DNA of 40,669 bases, taken from the sequence record DRR723986_599; one strand, written 5' to 3'. Below the pieces are notes generated by a model. It was not told where the DNA came from. It saw only the letters and a program-made list of their open reading frames with translations, and did no database searches. Made by a program: the position numbers and the translations under genes. This document shows, piece after piece, positions 17,156-26,760 of the stretch (position 1 is its first letter; each line of letters starts with the position of its first letter).

Positions 17156-17881
17156 CTAGTGGAAGCTGGCTGCAATCGCGTCCTTCATCTCACTTACAGC
17201 CCGAGTGAGCCCCGTAAATACAGCTCGCGCGATGATGCTGTGGCCGATGTTCAGTTCCAACATGCCCGGGAGCGTGGCAACTGGCGAGACGTTCAAGTAA
17301 TTCAGTCCATGTCCGGCGTGCAGGTTCAAACCGCGAGCGGCACATGCCTCGGCGGCCGAAGCCAACCGCCGCAGCTCGTTTGCTTGTCCTGAGCCAGACG
17401 CTAGTGCGTACGAGCCGGTGTGCAATTCAACTGCAGAAACGCCCAGCTCCTTCGATGCTTCAATTTGTTTCTCGTCGGGGTCGATAAAAAGACTGACCTC
17501 GATGCCAGCATCGAGCAAACGTTTTACCGACTGGGCAACTCGCTCACGTTCGGCGACAACATCTAAACCACCTTCGGTCGTAACTTCTTCTCGCTTTTCT
17601 GGGACCAACGTAGCTTGATCCGGCTTTACTTCGCAAGCGATGTCGATGATCTCCGGAGCGCACGACAGTTCGAGGTTAAGGCCTGCTGGAACCAGTTCAC
17701 GGATAACACGTGTGTCGCGGTCGTTGATATGACGACGATCCTCACGCAAGTGGATGGTGATGACCTCGGCTCCGCCCAGTAGCGCATGCGAAACAGCCAT
17801 GGCAGGATCAGGCTCATGCGTCCGCCGAGCTTGGCGAACGGTCGCGACATGATCGATATTCACTCCCAGGCGTGGCAGCAT
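17156..17881 (-). CDS. pdxJ: Pyridoxine 5'-phosphate synthase
   Basis: [58 protein letters not shown]. Confidence 0.97.
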   Translation of the reverse strand: MLPRLGVNIDHVATVRQARRTHEPDPAMAVSHALLGGAEVITIHLREDRRHINDRDTRVIRELVPAGLNLELSCAPEIIDIACEVKPDQATLVPEKREEVTTEGGLDVVAERERVAQSVKRLLDAGIEVSLFIDPDEKQIEASKELGVSAVELHTGSYALASGSGQANELRRLASAAEACAARGLNLHAGHGLNYLNVSPVATLPGMLELNIGHSIIARAVFTGLTRAVSEMKDAIAASFH

Positions 17882-18080
17882 TAGCCGTCTCCCTTGTTTC
17901 AATTGAGTGCCGTCGTTTTGACAACGCGGCCGCGGGCGACAGCAAGCCGCCCTGCGAATTTACCCGTTGAATGTAGCAAGCGATAACGGGAACGACCATC
18001 GGGTTCATGAACATTGCCTTCGTCGTCCCAAATCCAATGCGTTTAACCGTTGAACAGGAACATGTTCGCGCGCTGGCCAT

Positions 18081-18218
18081 TTACTTACGCAGCAGATCCA
18101 GGTGGTCCTTCACGACCGCGATCTTGACGTTCGACTTCAGGTTCTTGAACTGACGGTCCAGCTCCACGCGATATTCTTTGCTGCCCAGCAGAGCGTATAG
18201 CTCTTAGTCGTCATCTTT
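18081..18218 (-). pseudogene. hsdR: Relic of a type I restriction enzyme R subunit (hsdR) with an in-frame stop and an internal deletion
   Basis: Hand translation gives KDDD*ELYALLGSKEYRVELDRQFKNLKSNVKIAVVKDHLDLLRK*. This matches, from memory, the HsdR segment preceding the KIAIVVDMWLTGFD helicase motif, fused to a later VV(R/K)DHLDLL segment. Confidence 0.65.
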
Positions 18219-18246
18219 ACTGTGAGATAACCTGTTCCGGCGCGCT

Positions 18247-18351
18247 TTCAACTTGGAAAGTTGAGCGACACTCACGAATGTCGCTCGATTCTCCGAATCG
18301 TGAGCGAGTCAACCCGCTCCGCGCGTTCGCATCTGGGATAGTTGAGCGACA
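18247..18351. repeat. REP cluster of three units downstream of the RAYT gene
   Basis: Units read 5'-3': GTGTCGCTCAACTTTCCAAGTTGAA (minus, 18247-18271), TGTCGCTCGATTCTCCGAATCGTG (plus, 18279-18302), TGTCGCTCAACTATCCCAGATGCG (minus, degenerate, 18328-18351). Confidence 0.8.
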
Positions 18352-19017
18352 TTAGAAGACGCCCTCCGACCTTCGGTAGGTGAACATCCCAGACTCCAAT
18401 TTTGCTTTCTGCGGATTGTCTGCAATATAACTTCGCAAGAACTGTAACTGCTCTTCGCTTCGCACTAAATGGTCAAAGGGTTCCGGGAACCAGAACGCTC
18501 CGGTTCGCTTGAGTAATTGATTGATTTTCCTGGCCGAAAAACGCATCCAGCTTCCTGGTTGAGTCTTGGCTGTCTCGTTGTCCCGGAAAGCAACTAAGCA
18601 ATGAAGGTGATTGGGCATAATGACGTAGTCACCCATCCAATAGCGGGCTTTGTGAAAATGCTCTAGCGCACCAGCGACTTCATCTCGGAGCCGCGCCTGT
18701 CGCAATTGGCACGCGCCGTGGCATTCGTCGAGCGTCGTTTCACGTTGTCTTGAAAAGTGCTTCGTGAATTCAGCTTGCTGTTCTATCGTGAGTTGTTCAT
18801 AGCCTGATTTCCAATCGTTGCCGACCGAGATGCCAAGTCGCTGCAGGTATTCGACTCGCTCGTGATGCCATCTCAGTACGACCGATTGGGGAATCGAGTC
18901 ATTCAGCCGCATTGTCAGAAAGCAAATTGCCGTTGGTTGATGACGATGCGGTCGGGTGCGGTCCCACTGATCGTACTCTGCCTGGTTGTCGAAAAACTCA
19001 CCGGTGAATTGATTCAT
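18352..19017 (-). mobile_element. REP-associated tyrosine transposase (RAYT, HUH/Y1 family)
   Basis: FLTMRLNDS, HUH motif VIMPNHLH, FW.E.FDH..R and catalytic YIADNP; flanked on both sides by REP palindromes. Confidence 0.9.
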
Positions 19018-19058
19018 GGGCGCCCCAGCAAGTGAGCATGGATGGGACGGGTACCAAA

Positions 19059-19112
19059 GTCGCTCGATTCTCCGAATCGTGAGCGTTTTCGACTCGGAGA
19101 GTCGAACGACAC
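19059..19112. repeat. REP inverted doublet (REPIN-like) upstream of the RAYT gene
   Basis: GTCGCTCGATTCTCCGAATCGTGAGCG (19059-19085) is a 27-nt exact copy of 18280-18306. It is followed by an inverted unit TTCGACTCGGAGAGTCGAACGACAC (19088-19112). Confidence 0.85.
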
Positions 19113-19133
19113 TGTCTCATCGTGCCGTGGTTA

Positions 19134-19946
19134 TCACTCGTCCAGGATTCTGACTTCGTAGACTTTGGGCCAGTTCTTGCCGGTGATGAAGAGGCGGTCG
19201 GCTTTCTCGTCGTAGGCAATACCGTTTAGAACGTGTTCGCGGTCCGGGCGACTGCGGGCCGGGTAGACGTTCGAGCAGTCGATCCAGCCGTTGAGTTTGC
19301 CATTCTTGGGGTCGATGCGGGCAATCCGATCGTCGTACCAAATGTTTGCAAGCAGTTCGCCTTTGTAGAACTCGAGCTCGTTGATCTTGTCGAGTCTTCT
19401 GGTTCCCTCGCGAATCCGCATTCTTCGAATTTCGGTCAGGTCTTTTGGGTTGACGACGATGATATTGTTGGTGCCGTCACTGACGTAAAGCACTTTGCCG
19501 TCGTCCGCAATTCCCCAGCCCTCGTTGGCGCGTCTCCAACGATAACGTTTCGTTTCAACTGGGGTAAGCGTCTTGTCCCAGACGACGCACTGCTTGCCTT
19601 TCCAGGTAAGCTGGTAGATCTTGTCGTCGAGGATCGTTATGCCTTCGCCGAAGTACTCCTGGTTCAGCGGTTTGGATTTAAGCACTCGGCCCGTTTTGAG
19701 TTCGACCTCACGGAGGCTTGAACGACCATACTGGCCGGTTCCTTCAAAGAGCGTTTCACCTTCAACGGCCAGCCCTTGGCAGAAGGCTCCTGTGTCGTGT
19801 GGGTAGCTGGCCACAACTTCAACGCGACTAATCGCACTGCCGCGCGGGAGATTGGCAACGACGACCGCACCAACTGCAACAGCCGCCGTAAATCCAGCTA
19901 AGACGATGATTTTAAGTGGCATTTTGTTGTTCTTTATGCTTGTCAT
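19134..19946 (-). CDS. Glutaminyl-peptide cyclotransferase (type I, beta-propeller)
   Basis: YPHD..AFCQGL, EGTGQYG.S, FGEGI, YQLTW, EGWG, VSDGT, NELE, LNGIAYD, TGKNWP; N-terminal membrane anchor. Start may be 19922. Confidence 0.92.
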   Translation of the reverse strand: MTSIKNNKMPLKIIVLAGFTAAVAVGAVVVANLPRGSAISRVEVVASYPHDTGAFCQGLAVEGETLFEGTGQYGRSSLREVELKTGRVLKSKPLNQEYFGEGITILDDKIYQLTWKGKQCVVWDKTLTPVETKRYRWRRANEGWGIADDGKVLYVSDGTNNIIVVNPKDLTEIRRMRIREGTRRLDKINELEFYKGELLANIWYDDRIARIDPKNGKLNGWIDCSNVYPARSRPDREHVLNGIAYDEKADRLFITGKNWPKVYEVRILDE

Positions 19947-20025
19947 CTTCTTATGCAGCTTCTTCGGCAGCGGCGAATTCTGACTTGTCTAGCTCGCCGA
20001 ATCGACTGAACTGCAGCAGGCCGAT

Positions 20026-21258
20026 TTAGTGGTCCGGTTGTGCTGCGTGGCCACAGTTTTTCAAAAGCTCTGCGAAGTAATCGAGTTCCTTGGCGATGCC
20101 AGCAGCCAGATTCTCAGTCTTCAGCGATTCCGGTAGGACTGGCCAGGCGTACGTTTCCACTTCATAGTGTCCCAGGAACCAAGGAGCCGAGTCAACTTGA
20201 ACATCCCTTGAGCTTTCGAGAAGTTCTGTCGCTTCCACAATATCTGCCTGAGTTGTCTGCAAGCTATCGAATCGGTCGACAAAAATTGGCACGTGAAAAT
20301 GCACACGCCAGGGCTCGGTTCGAAGCCCATCATCCCACTGTTGGAGGGCGATCGGCAAGTCTTCGGCCAATTCGGCGAGATTACCGTGGCTGCTGCGAGT
20401 TGTCTGGTGCAGATACTTGGGCTCGTGGAACGTCGAAAGCTGTTCAGTGATCGCCCTTCGTTCGTCGCTCGATAGTTCTGGACTCCACGGGACGTGGACT
20501 GCCGACGAAACTTGCACTTTGCCAACCCGGATGCCTGCGTCCTGGTAGGCGCGAAGTGCGTAATTCTGGCTCTCGAACATTACGCCTGAGTGGCAAATGT
20601 CGTGGCAGACCGACAGATGCCGTCGAATGGCCGCTTCGTCCGAGTCGCCGAACAGGTATCGCTGGAAGAAGTCGACGATTTCATCGCTGGTGTTGAGAAC
20701 GCAGCCCGGTTCGGGCTCAATGCACAGGACGATCTCCCTGCCCTTCTCTGCCAACATTTCCGATAGAAAGCGAGCGACGCGTTTCAGGCCTTGGGCCGAT
20801 TCCCGCCGCGAATCCTCGGTAAAACCTGGGGTTGGCCACCCGAGCGGCAAGGTTGAGATCGTACCAGCTTCCCCCTCGGGAAGAATTCGGTCGAGTACAT
20901 TGGCTAGGTCACGCGTGTAAATCTGCCGGCTCTCATCAGCCCAGGTTGGGAGGTAGACATCGTGTTTGACGACGTCTGCATGGAAATCCTTCTGCGGGAA
21001 ACCATTGAGGGTGTAAGGTGAAAAACGGTTCTCGGCTAGCCAGTTGCCGAATTCTTCAGCCCCGCCGTCGGGCACCAGGCTCCCGACCACATTCTCACTT
21101 AGCCAGAGCCCGAGCGGGAGACAGGAATCTGCACCAAGGCTGTCGCGAACTTTCCCGGCGTAGGCCAGCAAGTTCGATTTTGCGGTCCCAAGATCGATGC
21201 CCGCATGAACATTGGTGCAGTAGCCAAAGCTCAATGATTCTGTCGGGAGTGTTTTCAT
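20026..21258 (-). CDS. eboE: Metabolite traffic protein EboE (xylose-isomerase-like TIM barrel)
   Basis: YCTNVH, LGLWLS, TLNGFP..FH..VVK..VY.P.W, ISTLPL, IEPEPGC, DICH, GKVQVSSA, YLHQT, WRVHFHVP, EVETYAW.VLP. Confidence 0.9.
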   Translation of the reverse strand: MKTLPTESLSFGYCTNVHAGIDLGTAKSNLLAYAGKVRDSLGADSCLPLGLWLSENVVGSLVPDGGAEEFGNWLAENRFSPYTLNGFPQKDFHADVVKHDVYLPTWADESRQIYTRDLANVLDRILPEGEAGTISTLPLGWPTPGFTEDSRRESAQGLKRVARFLSEMLAEKGREIVLCIEPEPGCVLNTSDEIVDFFQRYLFGDSDEAAIRRHLSVCHDICHSGVMFESQNYALRAYQDAGIRVGKVQVSSAVHVPWSPELSSDERRAITEQLSTFHEPKYLHQTTRSSHGNLAELAEDLPIALQQWDDGLRTEPWRVHFHVPIFVDRFDSLQTTQADIVEATELLESSRDVQVDSAPWFLGHYEVETYAWPVLPESLKTENLAAGIAKELDYFAELLKNCGHAAQPDH

Positions 21259-21673
21259 GAATTTATAAGGTAGGCTTGTGGATAAGGTGTTCGACCATTG
21301 GGCTCCACTTGGCCCCCCGTTGTGGTGCTGTGGCTGACAAAACAGGAAAGACTGGTCATTGTGGAACAATAGGAAGGAAACGGTTGAAGCTCATCCGCAG
21401 CGTAATTCTAATGGGTCCTAAGGATCGGGCACAGCAGCATTATCGTTGCCAGCTCGGCTGTTTGATGATCCCACCAATTAGGTCTGCAACGTCCGGGTAG
21501 TCACCTAGCCTCTCTAGCACAGGGAGAGGTTGTTGAAGTTGCATGACAACCATCCCGCCTGTGGCTGTATTTCTAGCTATCTCGCTAAACTTCTGGCTCA
21601 TTGGAGTGTTCGTGCACTTTGAGGGCTACTCACCACAATCAACCAAGATTCACAAACTTAGGTTCTATCCAAA

Positions 21674-24343
21674 ATGAGATTTAGAGTCTTCAACGTTGGC
21701 GTCGCCACGCTAATGTTTTCATTGATCTGCAGCATGGGGCAGTTCGCTTCGGCGCAGCCTTTCCAAAATCGCAAGTATGGCCAGGAAGATAAGTTTCGCC
21801 AGTTGGAGGAGATTCTTCCAACGCCCAACACTTTCCGAACTGCCTCAGGAGAGCCTGGCGAATCGTATTGGCAGCAGCGAGCTGACTACATTATCGACGT
21901 GTCGCTCGATGACGAGAAGCAGCATATCACCGGCTCTGAACAGATCACCTATCACAACGATTCGCCGCACCATTTGCGTTATCTGTGGATGCAGGTCGAT
22001 GCAAATCTATTTGCGCCCGATTCAGATGCAAGCAAGCTTCAGAGTTTTTCGCCGCCGAGTCGTATGTCGCTCAGCATGTTACAGCGGATGCAGGCGCGGC
22101 AAGCGTTTGATGGAAGCGCGGAGATTACTCGTGTAGAAGACGCCGCTGGTAATGAGCTGAAGCATACGATCGTGAAAACGATGATGCGAATTGATCTGCC
22201 TAGCCCGCTGGCTCCGGGGAAATCCTTCCGCTTTGAGGTTGATTGGAACTACCAAATCAACAACTCCAAAATTGCGGGCGGACGGACTGGCTGCGAATTC
22301 TTTGAAGAAGACGAAAACTACATCTACGAGATTGCTCAGTGGTTCCCCCGCATGGTGGCTTACACCGATGCAAACGGTTGGCAACACAAGCAGTTTCTTG
22401 GCCGTGGTGAATTCACCCTCGAACTGGGCGATTACCTGGTCAAGATTACCGCTCCAGAAGACCACATCGTCGGCGCTACTGGTGTCCTGCAAAATGCGGC
22501 GGAAGTACTCACTGAAGAACAACAGAAGCGATTCGAAATGTCGCGGACTGCCAAGCGTCCAATGTTCATCGTGACGCCTGAAGAAGCGAAGGAAAACGAA
22601 AAGGAAAAGGCCGAGGGCACCAAGACCTGGGTCTTCCACGCACAGAACGTTCGAGATTTCGCTTGGGCTAGCAGCCGGAAATTCATTTGGGACGCTCAAG
22701 GCCATAGCGTCGAGGGCAACGAAGTGATGGCGATGTCTTACTACCCAAATGAAGCGGAACCTCTGTGGAGCAAGTACTCGACCGAGTCGATCATCCACAC
22801 GCTGAACGTCTACAGTCGCTATACGTTTGCCTACCCATATCCAACCGCGATCAGTGTTAATGGTCCGGTCTATGGAATGGAATATCCGATGATCTGCTTC
22901 AACGGCCCACGGCCCGAGAAGGACGGGACCTACTCTGCGAGCACGAAATACGGGCTGATCTCGGTGATCATTCACGAAGTGGGGCACAACTACTTCCCAA
23001 TGATCGTCAACAGCGACGAACGCCAATGGACGTGGATGGATGAAGGCCTGAACACATTCTTACAGTACTTGAGCGAACGCGAATGGGAGGATAACTATCC
23101 GTCTCGCCGGGGCGAACCTGAGGCGATCGCTGGCTACATGCTTAGCAGCCAGCAAGTCCCAATTATGACAAACAGTGAATCGGTACTTCAATTCGGCAAC
23201 AATGCATACGCCAAGCCAGCGACTGCCCTGAACGTCCTCCGCGAGACTGTCCTAGGACGCGAACTATTCGACTATGCATTCAAAGAGTATGCACGGCGAT
23301 GGCAGTTCAAACGGCCTATGCCAGCAGACTTCTTCCGAACGATGGAAGATGCCTCCGGTGTTGATCTAGATTGGTTCTGGCGAGGTTGGTTTTACACCAC
23401 TGATCACTGTGATATCGCAATTGACGACGTCCAGTGGTCGATTCCTGATGATGGCAACCCAGATGCAGCCGCGGAGCGAAAGCAACAGGAAAAGGAGAGT
23501 CGAACGAAGACTCTCTCCGAACAACGTAATGAATCGTTGGCGAAGCGAGCGAATCAGTTCCCCGACCTGAAAGACTTCTACAATTCGTACGATCCAGATG
23601 CAGCCACGCCCGAAGCGCGGAAAGCATTCGAATCTATGATGAGCAAGCTTTCTGACGAAGAACGCGAGCTGCTCAAGTCGAAGGAAAACTACTACACCGT
23701 GAAGCTCAAGAACGAGGGTGGGCTGGTAATGCCTGTCATTCTGCGGGCTAAGTACACCAACGGTGAAGAAGAGGTTATTCGCCTGCCTGCCGAGATTTGG
23801 GCAAAGAACAACGAGACAGCTTCGACGTCCTTTATCGCTTCTGGCGAACTTGAGTTGTTGGAGTTGGATCCGTTCCGCGAGACGGCAGACGCAAACCGCG
23901 ACAACAATTACTTCCCCCGGCGATTCGAGCCAAGTCGTTTCCAACTCTACAAGAGTCAGCGAAGCGGTCGAAGTGGCCGCGGAGGAAGCAATCCGATGCG
24001 AGCTCAACGTCAGCGAGAGGAAGCTGCCAAGAAGAAGCTAGAGGCTGAGAAGGCTGCCAAGGCTAAAGCTGCGGCTGAGAAATCGAAGCCAAAGTCGGAA
24101 GCCAAGGAAGCGGCAGAAGCTTCAGAGAAGAAGGAAACGAAAGTAACTGCGACCGCAACCGCAAGTGCCAAGGTCGACACGAACGTTGATGCTGCAATTG
24201 AAAAGTTGAAGAAGCAGCTTGCTGCAGAGCAGGAAGCCCGCGAGGCCGCGCTGAAGGAATTGAAGAATTTCAAAGCAGAGCTAGAGGCGGCCAAGAAAAA
24301 GGCAAAGGCCGGCGCGGCAAAGGACCCAGCAGCGTCCAGCTAG
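21674..24343 (+). CDS. Secreted M1-family metallopeptidase with a C-terminal A/K/E-rich tail
   Basis: YWQQRADY, GMEYPM (GAMEN variant), HEVGH zinc motif, WMDEGLN, Y.KP, FFRTMEDAS. Confidence 0.92.
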   Translation: MRFRVFNVGVATLMFSLICSMGQFASAQPFQNRKYGQEDKFRQLEEILPTPNTFRTASGEPGESYWQQRADYIIDVSLDDEKQHITGSEQITYHNDSPHHLRYLWMQVDANLFAPDSDASKLQSFSPPSRMSLSMLQRMQARQAFDGSAEITRVEDAAGNELKHTIVKTMMRIDLPSPLAPGKSFRFEVDWNYQINNSKIAGGRTGCEFFEEDENYIYEIAQWFPRMVAYTDANGWQHKQFLGRGEFTLELGDYLVKITAPEDHIVGATGVLQNAAEVLTEEQQKRFEMSRTAKRPMFIVTPEEAKENEKEKAEGTKTWVFHAQNVRDFAWASSRKFIWDAQGHSVEGNEVMAMSYYPNEAEPLWSKYSTESIIHTLNVYSRYTFAYPYPTAISVNGPVYGMEYPMICFNGPRPEKDGTYSASTKYGLISVIIHEVGHNYFPMIVNSDERQWTWMDEGLNTFLQYLSEREWEDNYPSRRGEPEAIAGYMLSSQQVPIMTNSESVLQFGNNAYAKPATALNVLRETVLGRELFDYAFKEYARRWQFKRPMPADFFRTMEDASGVDLDWFWRGWFYTTDHCDIAIDDVQWSIPDDGNPDAAAERKQQEKESRTKTLSEQRNESLAKRANQFPDLKDFYNSYDPDAATPEARKAFESMMSKLSDEERELLKSKENYYTVKLKNEGGLVMPVILRAKYTNGEEEVIRLPAEIWAKNNETASTSFIASGELELLELDPFRETADANRDNNYFPRRFEPSRFQLYKSQRSGRSGRGGSNPMRAQRQREEAAKKKLEAEKAAKAKAAAEKSKPKSEAKEAAEASEKKETKVTATATASAKVDTNVDAAIEKLKKQLAAEQEAREAALKELKNFKAELEAAKKKAKAGAAKDPAASS

Positions 24344-24373
24344 TGAGCTAGACTTTCCCAACGCCTGACAATG

Positions 24374-24409
24374 TAAGCCCCATGGTCCAACCCATGGGGC
24401 TTATTATTT
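24374..24409 (+). terminator. Probable intrinsic terminator or stabilising hairpin
   Basis: 12-bp stem TAAGCCCCATGG / CCATGGGGCTTA followed by TTATTT. Confidence 0.7.
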
Positions 24410-24550
24410 GCGGGCGGAGTATCCGTTGGGCGGCGCAGGAGTGTTCGCTCCGGTTTAAAGCAACGGTTCAAAAGCAGCCTTTGCCCATCGGTTGGTATTG
24501 GCCTATTCAACCAACTGTCACACTTCCGTGACTCCCAGAGGAGACGTGAA

Positions 24551-25216
24551 ATGATGAAGCGTCATGTTTTGGCACCGCTCGCAGTACGGCGCAGCGTCAC
24601 TTTGTGTCTTGCCGCGTTGAGTTTCGCGTGCGCACTTTCATTTTCCTCAACCGCGGTGGCTCGTCACCCGTTCCATATGAGCACGGCGTACATCGAGATT
24701 TCGCAAGAGACCGGCAAGCTTGAGATCGCGCTGAAGATTCACGGTGACGATTTGCAAGTTGGCTTGTCGGCCGTTGCGGGCAAGAAAGTGTCCATCGATG
24801 AAACTGGGAAAGCCAACCGGTTCATCGAAAAGTACATGAATCAACACTTTGTTTTTGGCGTTACAGAAAAAGAGATTCTCACGCCCGATCGTGAGCAAAA
24901 GAAGAAAAAGGCGGCAGAGAAAACGCCCGCTCCGATTCAGGTGATTGGCACCGAATTTACCAAGAGTTGGCTATGGGTTTACTGCGAAATGGAGCTGCCG
25001 AAGGAGGTTCAGGAGTCATCAAGCGACAAGGTCTATCTCAGAAACACTCTGCTCGTTGACCGAGTTGAAGCGCAGATTAACACGGTCCAGTTTCGTAACA
25101 CAAATGGTCGCCATGCCGTCCGCACTTCTGCGGCAAAGCCGGTCGTGGAGCTGAAGGCTGAGTGGCTTGACCGAAAACTGGCCATTCCTGCCGGCGATCA
25201 AAAGAGCTTGAAATGA
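24551..25216 (+). CDS. DUF6702-like secreted protein
   Basis: Signal peptide followed by HPFHMS...LEIALKI..DDL and a C-terminal N.LL....Q.N.V pattern; sits next to an M1 peptidase. Confidence 0.7.
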   Translation: MMKRHVLAPLAVRRSVTLCLAALSFACALSFSSTAVARHPFHMSTAYIEISQETGKLEIALKIHGDDLQVGLSAVAGKKVSIDETGKANRFIEKYMNQHFVFGVTEKEILTPDREQKKKKAAEKTPAPIQVIGTEFTKSWLWVYCEMELPKEVQESSSDKVYLRNTLLVDRVEAQINTVQFRNTNGRHAVRTSAAKPVVELKAEWLDRKLAIPAGDQKSLK

Positions 25217-25320
25217 TTGCCGGATAGGCGAAATGCAACTGCCGGTGTCTACTATCGGAGAAATCGTTCAATCGAATTTTCCATTCTGATGACCCTGCAA
25301 GACGCCCAGGAAACAGCAAC

Positions 25321-26583
25321 ATGGACGCCGAAGTAATCGCTATTGGCGATGAACTATCCAGTGGACAACGTCTCGACACCAACAGCCGATGGTTAAGTCA
25401 ACGCTTGGGCGAGTTGGGGGCTACTGTCGTGCGGCATTCGACCGTAGGCGACAATCTTGCGCATAACGTGGCAGCCATACGAGAAGCTGCATCCCGAGCT
25501 CGAATTGTTGTCATGACTGGAGGGCTGGGGCCTACGCTGGATGACCTGACGCGACAGGCACTTGCTGACGCGTGGAATGTACCTTTAAAGCTTGACGCTG
25601 GATCGCTTGAGCATATCGAGCAACTTTTCGAGGCTCGCGGACGCCCCATGCCCGAACGAAACCGCTCGCAGGCGACGTTTCCCGAGGGGAGCCAAGTCAT
25701 CGCAAATCCATTTGGTTCAGCGCCAGGGATTGATTTCGAAGCTCCGGGTGACGGAACGCGTTTCTTCGCTCTCCCCGGTGTGCCTGCAGAAATGACTCAG
25801 ATGTGGGCCGAGTCGGTCGCGCCAAGTATCGACAAAATGATCGGTGGTGAGTCGGCTCCGATGCGATTCCATGCTGTGCGAGCATTCGGAATTGGCGAAA
25901 GCGACGTCGAAGTTCGCATGCCTGATTTGGTTAGCCGGGATCGTCAGCCAACGGTAGGGATCACGGTCAGTCGAGCGACCATAACGCTGCGCATCGCAGC
26001 ACGCGCTGAATCGGATGAAGCGTTTCGTGAAGTGATTGCACCAACGATTCAGGAGATCGATCAAGCACTCGGAGACATTGTCTTTGGCAGCGGAGATGAT
26101 GAGCTGGAGACGGTCGTGGCGCGGTTGCTACGCGAGAGGACCGGGCGGGTAGCGGTGATCGAAATCGGTGGTGCCAGTCCCGCCTCAGATTGGTTGGCTG
26201 CAGAAGTCCAGGCAGGCGATAGCTTTTTTTCCGGTGGCGTTGCGCTTGCTGATGGAAATGCAGCAATGCGATGGCTTGGACTGAAGAGTGGTGTTGATGA
26301 CGAGCCGGCTGATGTCAGTCGTCTCGCGACAGAGTTCCTGGAGCGAATCGATACGGACTACGTGCTCGTGATCGACGGGTATCCTCGCCCAGAGGATATG
26401 TCGAGCCCCAATCGTATGTTCCCTGTGCGTTTTGCACTGGCCAGTCGTAGCGAAGATAGCGGGCCGCAGGTATTGACCCATTCGAAGAGTCTCGGTGGGC
26501 ACCCGGATGTTATTATCGCTCGGGTCGCCAAAATGGGACTCGACGTTCTGCGGCGGTTTCTGCTGGGCGCCCCAATGCTCTAA
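25321..26583 (+). CDS. cinA: CinA-family protein (MoCF-like N-domain, degenerate PncC-like C-domain)
   Basis: AEVIAIGDELSSGQRLDTNS, VGDN, TGGLGPTLDDLTR, GSAPG, LPGVP.EM, FGIGES. Confidence 0.88.
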   Translation: MDAEVIAIGDELSSGQRLDTNSRWLSQRLGELGATVVRHSTVGDNLAHNVAAIREAASRARIVVMTGGLGPTLDDLTRQALADAWNVPLKLDAGSLEHIEQLFEARGRPMPERNRSQATFPEGSQVIANPFGSAPGIDFEAPGDGTRFFALPGVPAEMTQMWAESVAPSIDKMIGGESAPMRFHAVRAFGIGESDVEVRMPDLVSRDRQPTVGITVSRATITLRIAARAESDEAFREVIAPTIQEIDQALGDIVFGSGDDELETVVARLLRERTGRVAVIEIGGASPASDWLAAEVQAGDSFFSGGVALADGNAAMRWLGLKSGVDDEPADVSRLATEFLERIDTDYVLVIDGYPRPEDMSSPNRMFPVRFALASRSEDSGPQVLTHSKSLGGHPDVIIARVAKMGLDVLRRFLLGAPML

Positions 26584-26760
26584 GGGCACTCAGAGCTATT
26601 CGATAATCAGCCCCATGCGTCATCTCTACTGGTAGCAGTGGGCGTTAAGAATTACGATTGCGCCAGCAGAAATGCTCATGCGCGGCTACCAAAGTCTGTG
26701 GTAGCGATGCGGTGCACGCCCGGTTAGTACATCTTCGCCATTTGATATTTAAGTCTTGCC

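Noticed and set aside
18247-19112. Repeats interpreted as a CRISPR array
   Set aside because: Units alternate in orientation, lack regular spacers, flank a RAYT, and no cas genes are present.
22079-23026. 315-aa minus-strand ORF, and the many other antisense ORFs in the track
   Set aside because: Antisense or alternate-frame shadows of well-supported genes.
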